From: a virus
IMG/VR virus record: IMGVR_UViG_3300029305_004819
Location: 1-48,758 of that record
Length of the DNA stretch: 48,758 nt
Strand: one strand, 5' to 3'
The notes below the pieces were generated by a model. The model was not told where the DNA came from. It did not search any database and was given only the letters and a program-made list of their open reading frames with translations. Positions 48,379 through 48,758 of the stretch are shown here, one piece after another; position 1 is the first letter of the stretch; each line of letters opens with the position of its first letter. The translations under genes and the position numbers were made by a program.

Positions 48379-48758
48379 ATGCAAAAAGCAGCCAAAGCCT
48401 TGGCGCTACTGCTCCTTTTCCGAAAGAAATATCGCTTCGCTAACAATTTCTTTCGGGTATTCTTTTGCATTTGCTATGGTTTAGCAAGTGCTTTTTTCTT
48501 GCGTTTTTACGCAAAATTGTCACACTTTGGTCACACTTACCACAAAACAGCACAAATTTATACACAATTTAGCAAGCAAAATGTTTAAATAATTCACAGT
48601 AAGTGATATAATTGGGGAAAGTAAAAAAGAGAAATAGTAATTTGTAGGAGGAGTTGATTAAATGGATAAGAAAAAATTATTATATGCAATATTATGTGCT
48701 TTAGGTGGTGGAATGGTAGGATTTTTTGCAAATCAGTTAAGTGAAATATATGGATGTA

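Noticed and set aside
48379-48588. 69 aa ORF MQKAAKALALLLLFRKKYRF...
   Set aside because: No convincing RBS and overlaps palindromic and repeat-rich sequence; likely non-coding flank.

Overview
AT-rich Firmicute (Clostridia/Tissierellia-like) chromosome segment with two elements integrated in tandem at an initiator tRNA-fMet gene (3574-3649).

Layout:
- Left host flank: rplL 3' end, radical SAM protein, MscS channel, GH25+LysM lysozyme.
- Element 1 (~3650-14304): small integrative or satellite-like element with no virion genes. It carries Fic, HNH-like and membrane cargo, a tyrosine integrase, a DUF6076-like protein, small HTH proteins and a Toprim/VirE-type primase-helicase.
- Element 2 (~14305-48343): apparently complete siphovirus-type prophage with integrase, S24/LexA-type repressor, replication module with a compact family-B-like polymerase and D5 helicase, SPP1-like head genes, tail, three tandem short fibre genes, holin and CHAP/CPL7 endolysin.

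Most striking observation: six +1 frame breaks fall in four lysogeny/mobility/replication genes (small HTH; primase-helicase x2; phage integrase x2; phage repressor). All six occur exactly at an in-frame CGG codon in the coding orientation. Skipping the C (or reading CGGN as a quadruplet) restores the frame and puts Gly at conserved positions (Walker A GxGKT, integrase GLRxGE, S24 GDVV). A manual scan of roughly 13,000 codons in the remaining genes found no other in-frame CGG, except in one uncertain 58-codon ORF, although out-of-frame 'cgg' strings are common (well over 100). I interpret CGG as an unassigned or starved codon used, or tolerated, as a +1 recoding site in both mobile elements. 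A technical artefact or ordinary decay must still be excluded.

Other notable signals: no GATC seen in the whole window, a four-unit covarying hairpin array behind fic, a T TTT TTA slippery site for tail chaperones, a (CA)14 tract upstream of the fibre genes, integrase arm-type repeats at element ends, and compensatory T-stem changes between att copies. All counts are by eye.
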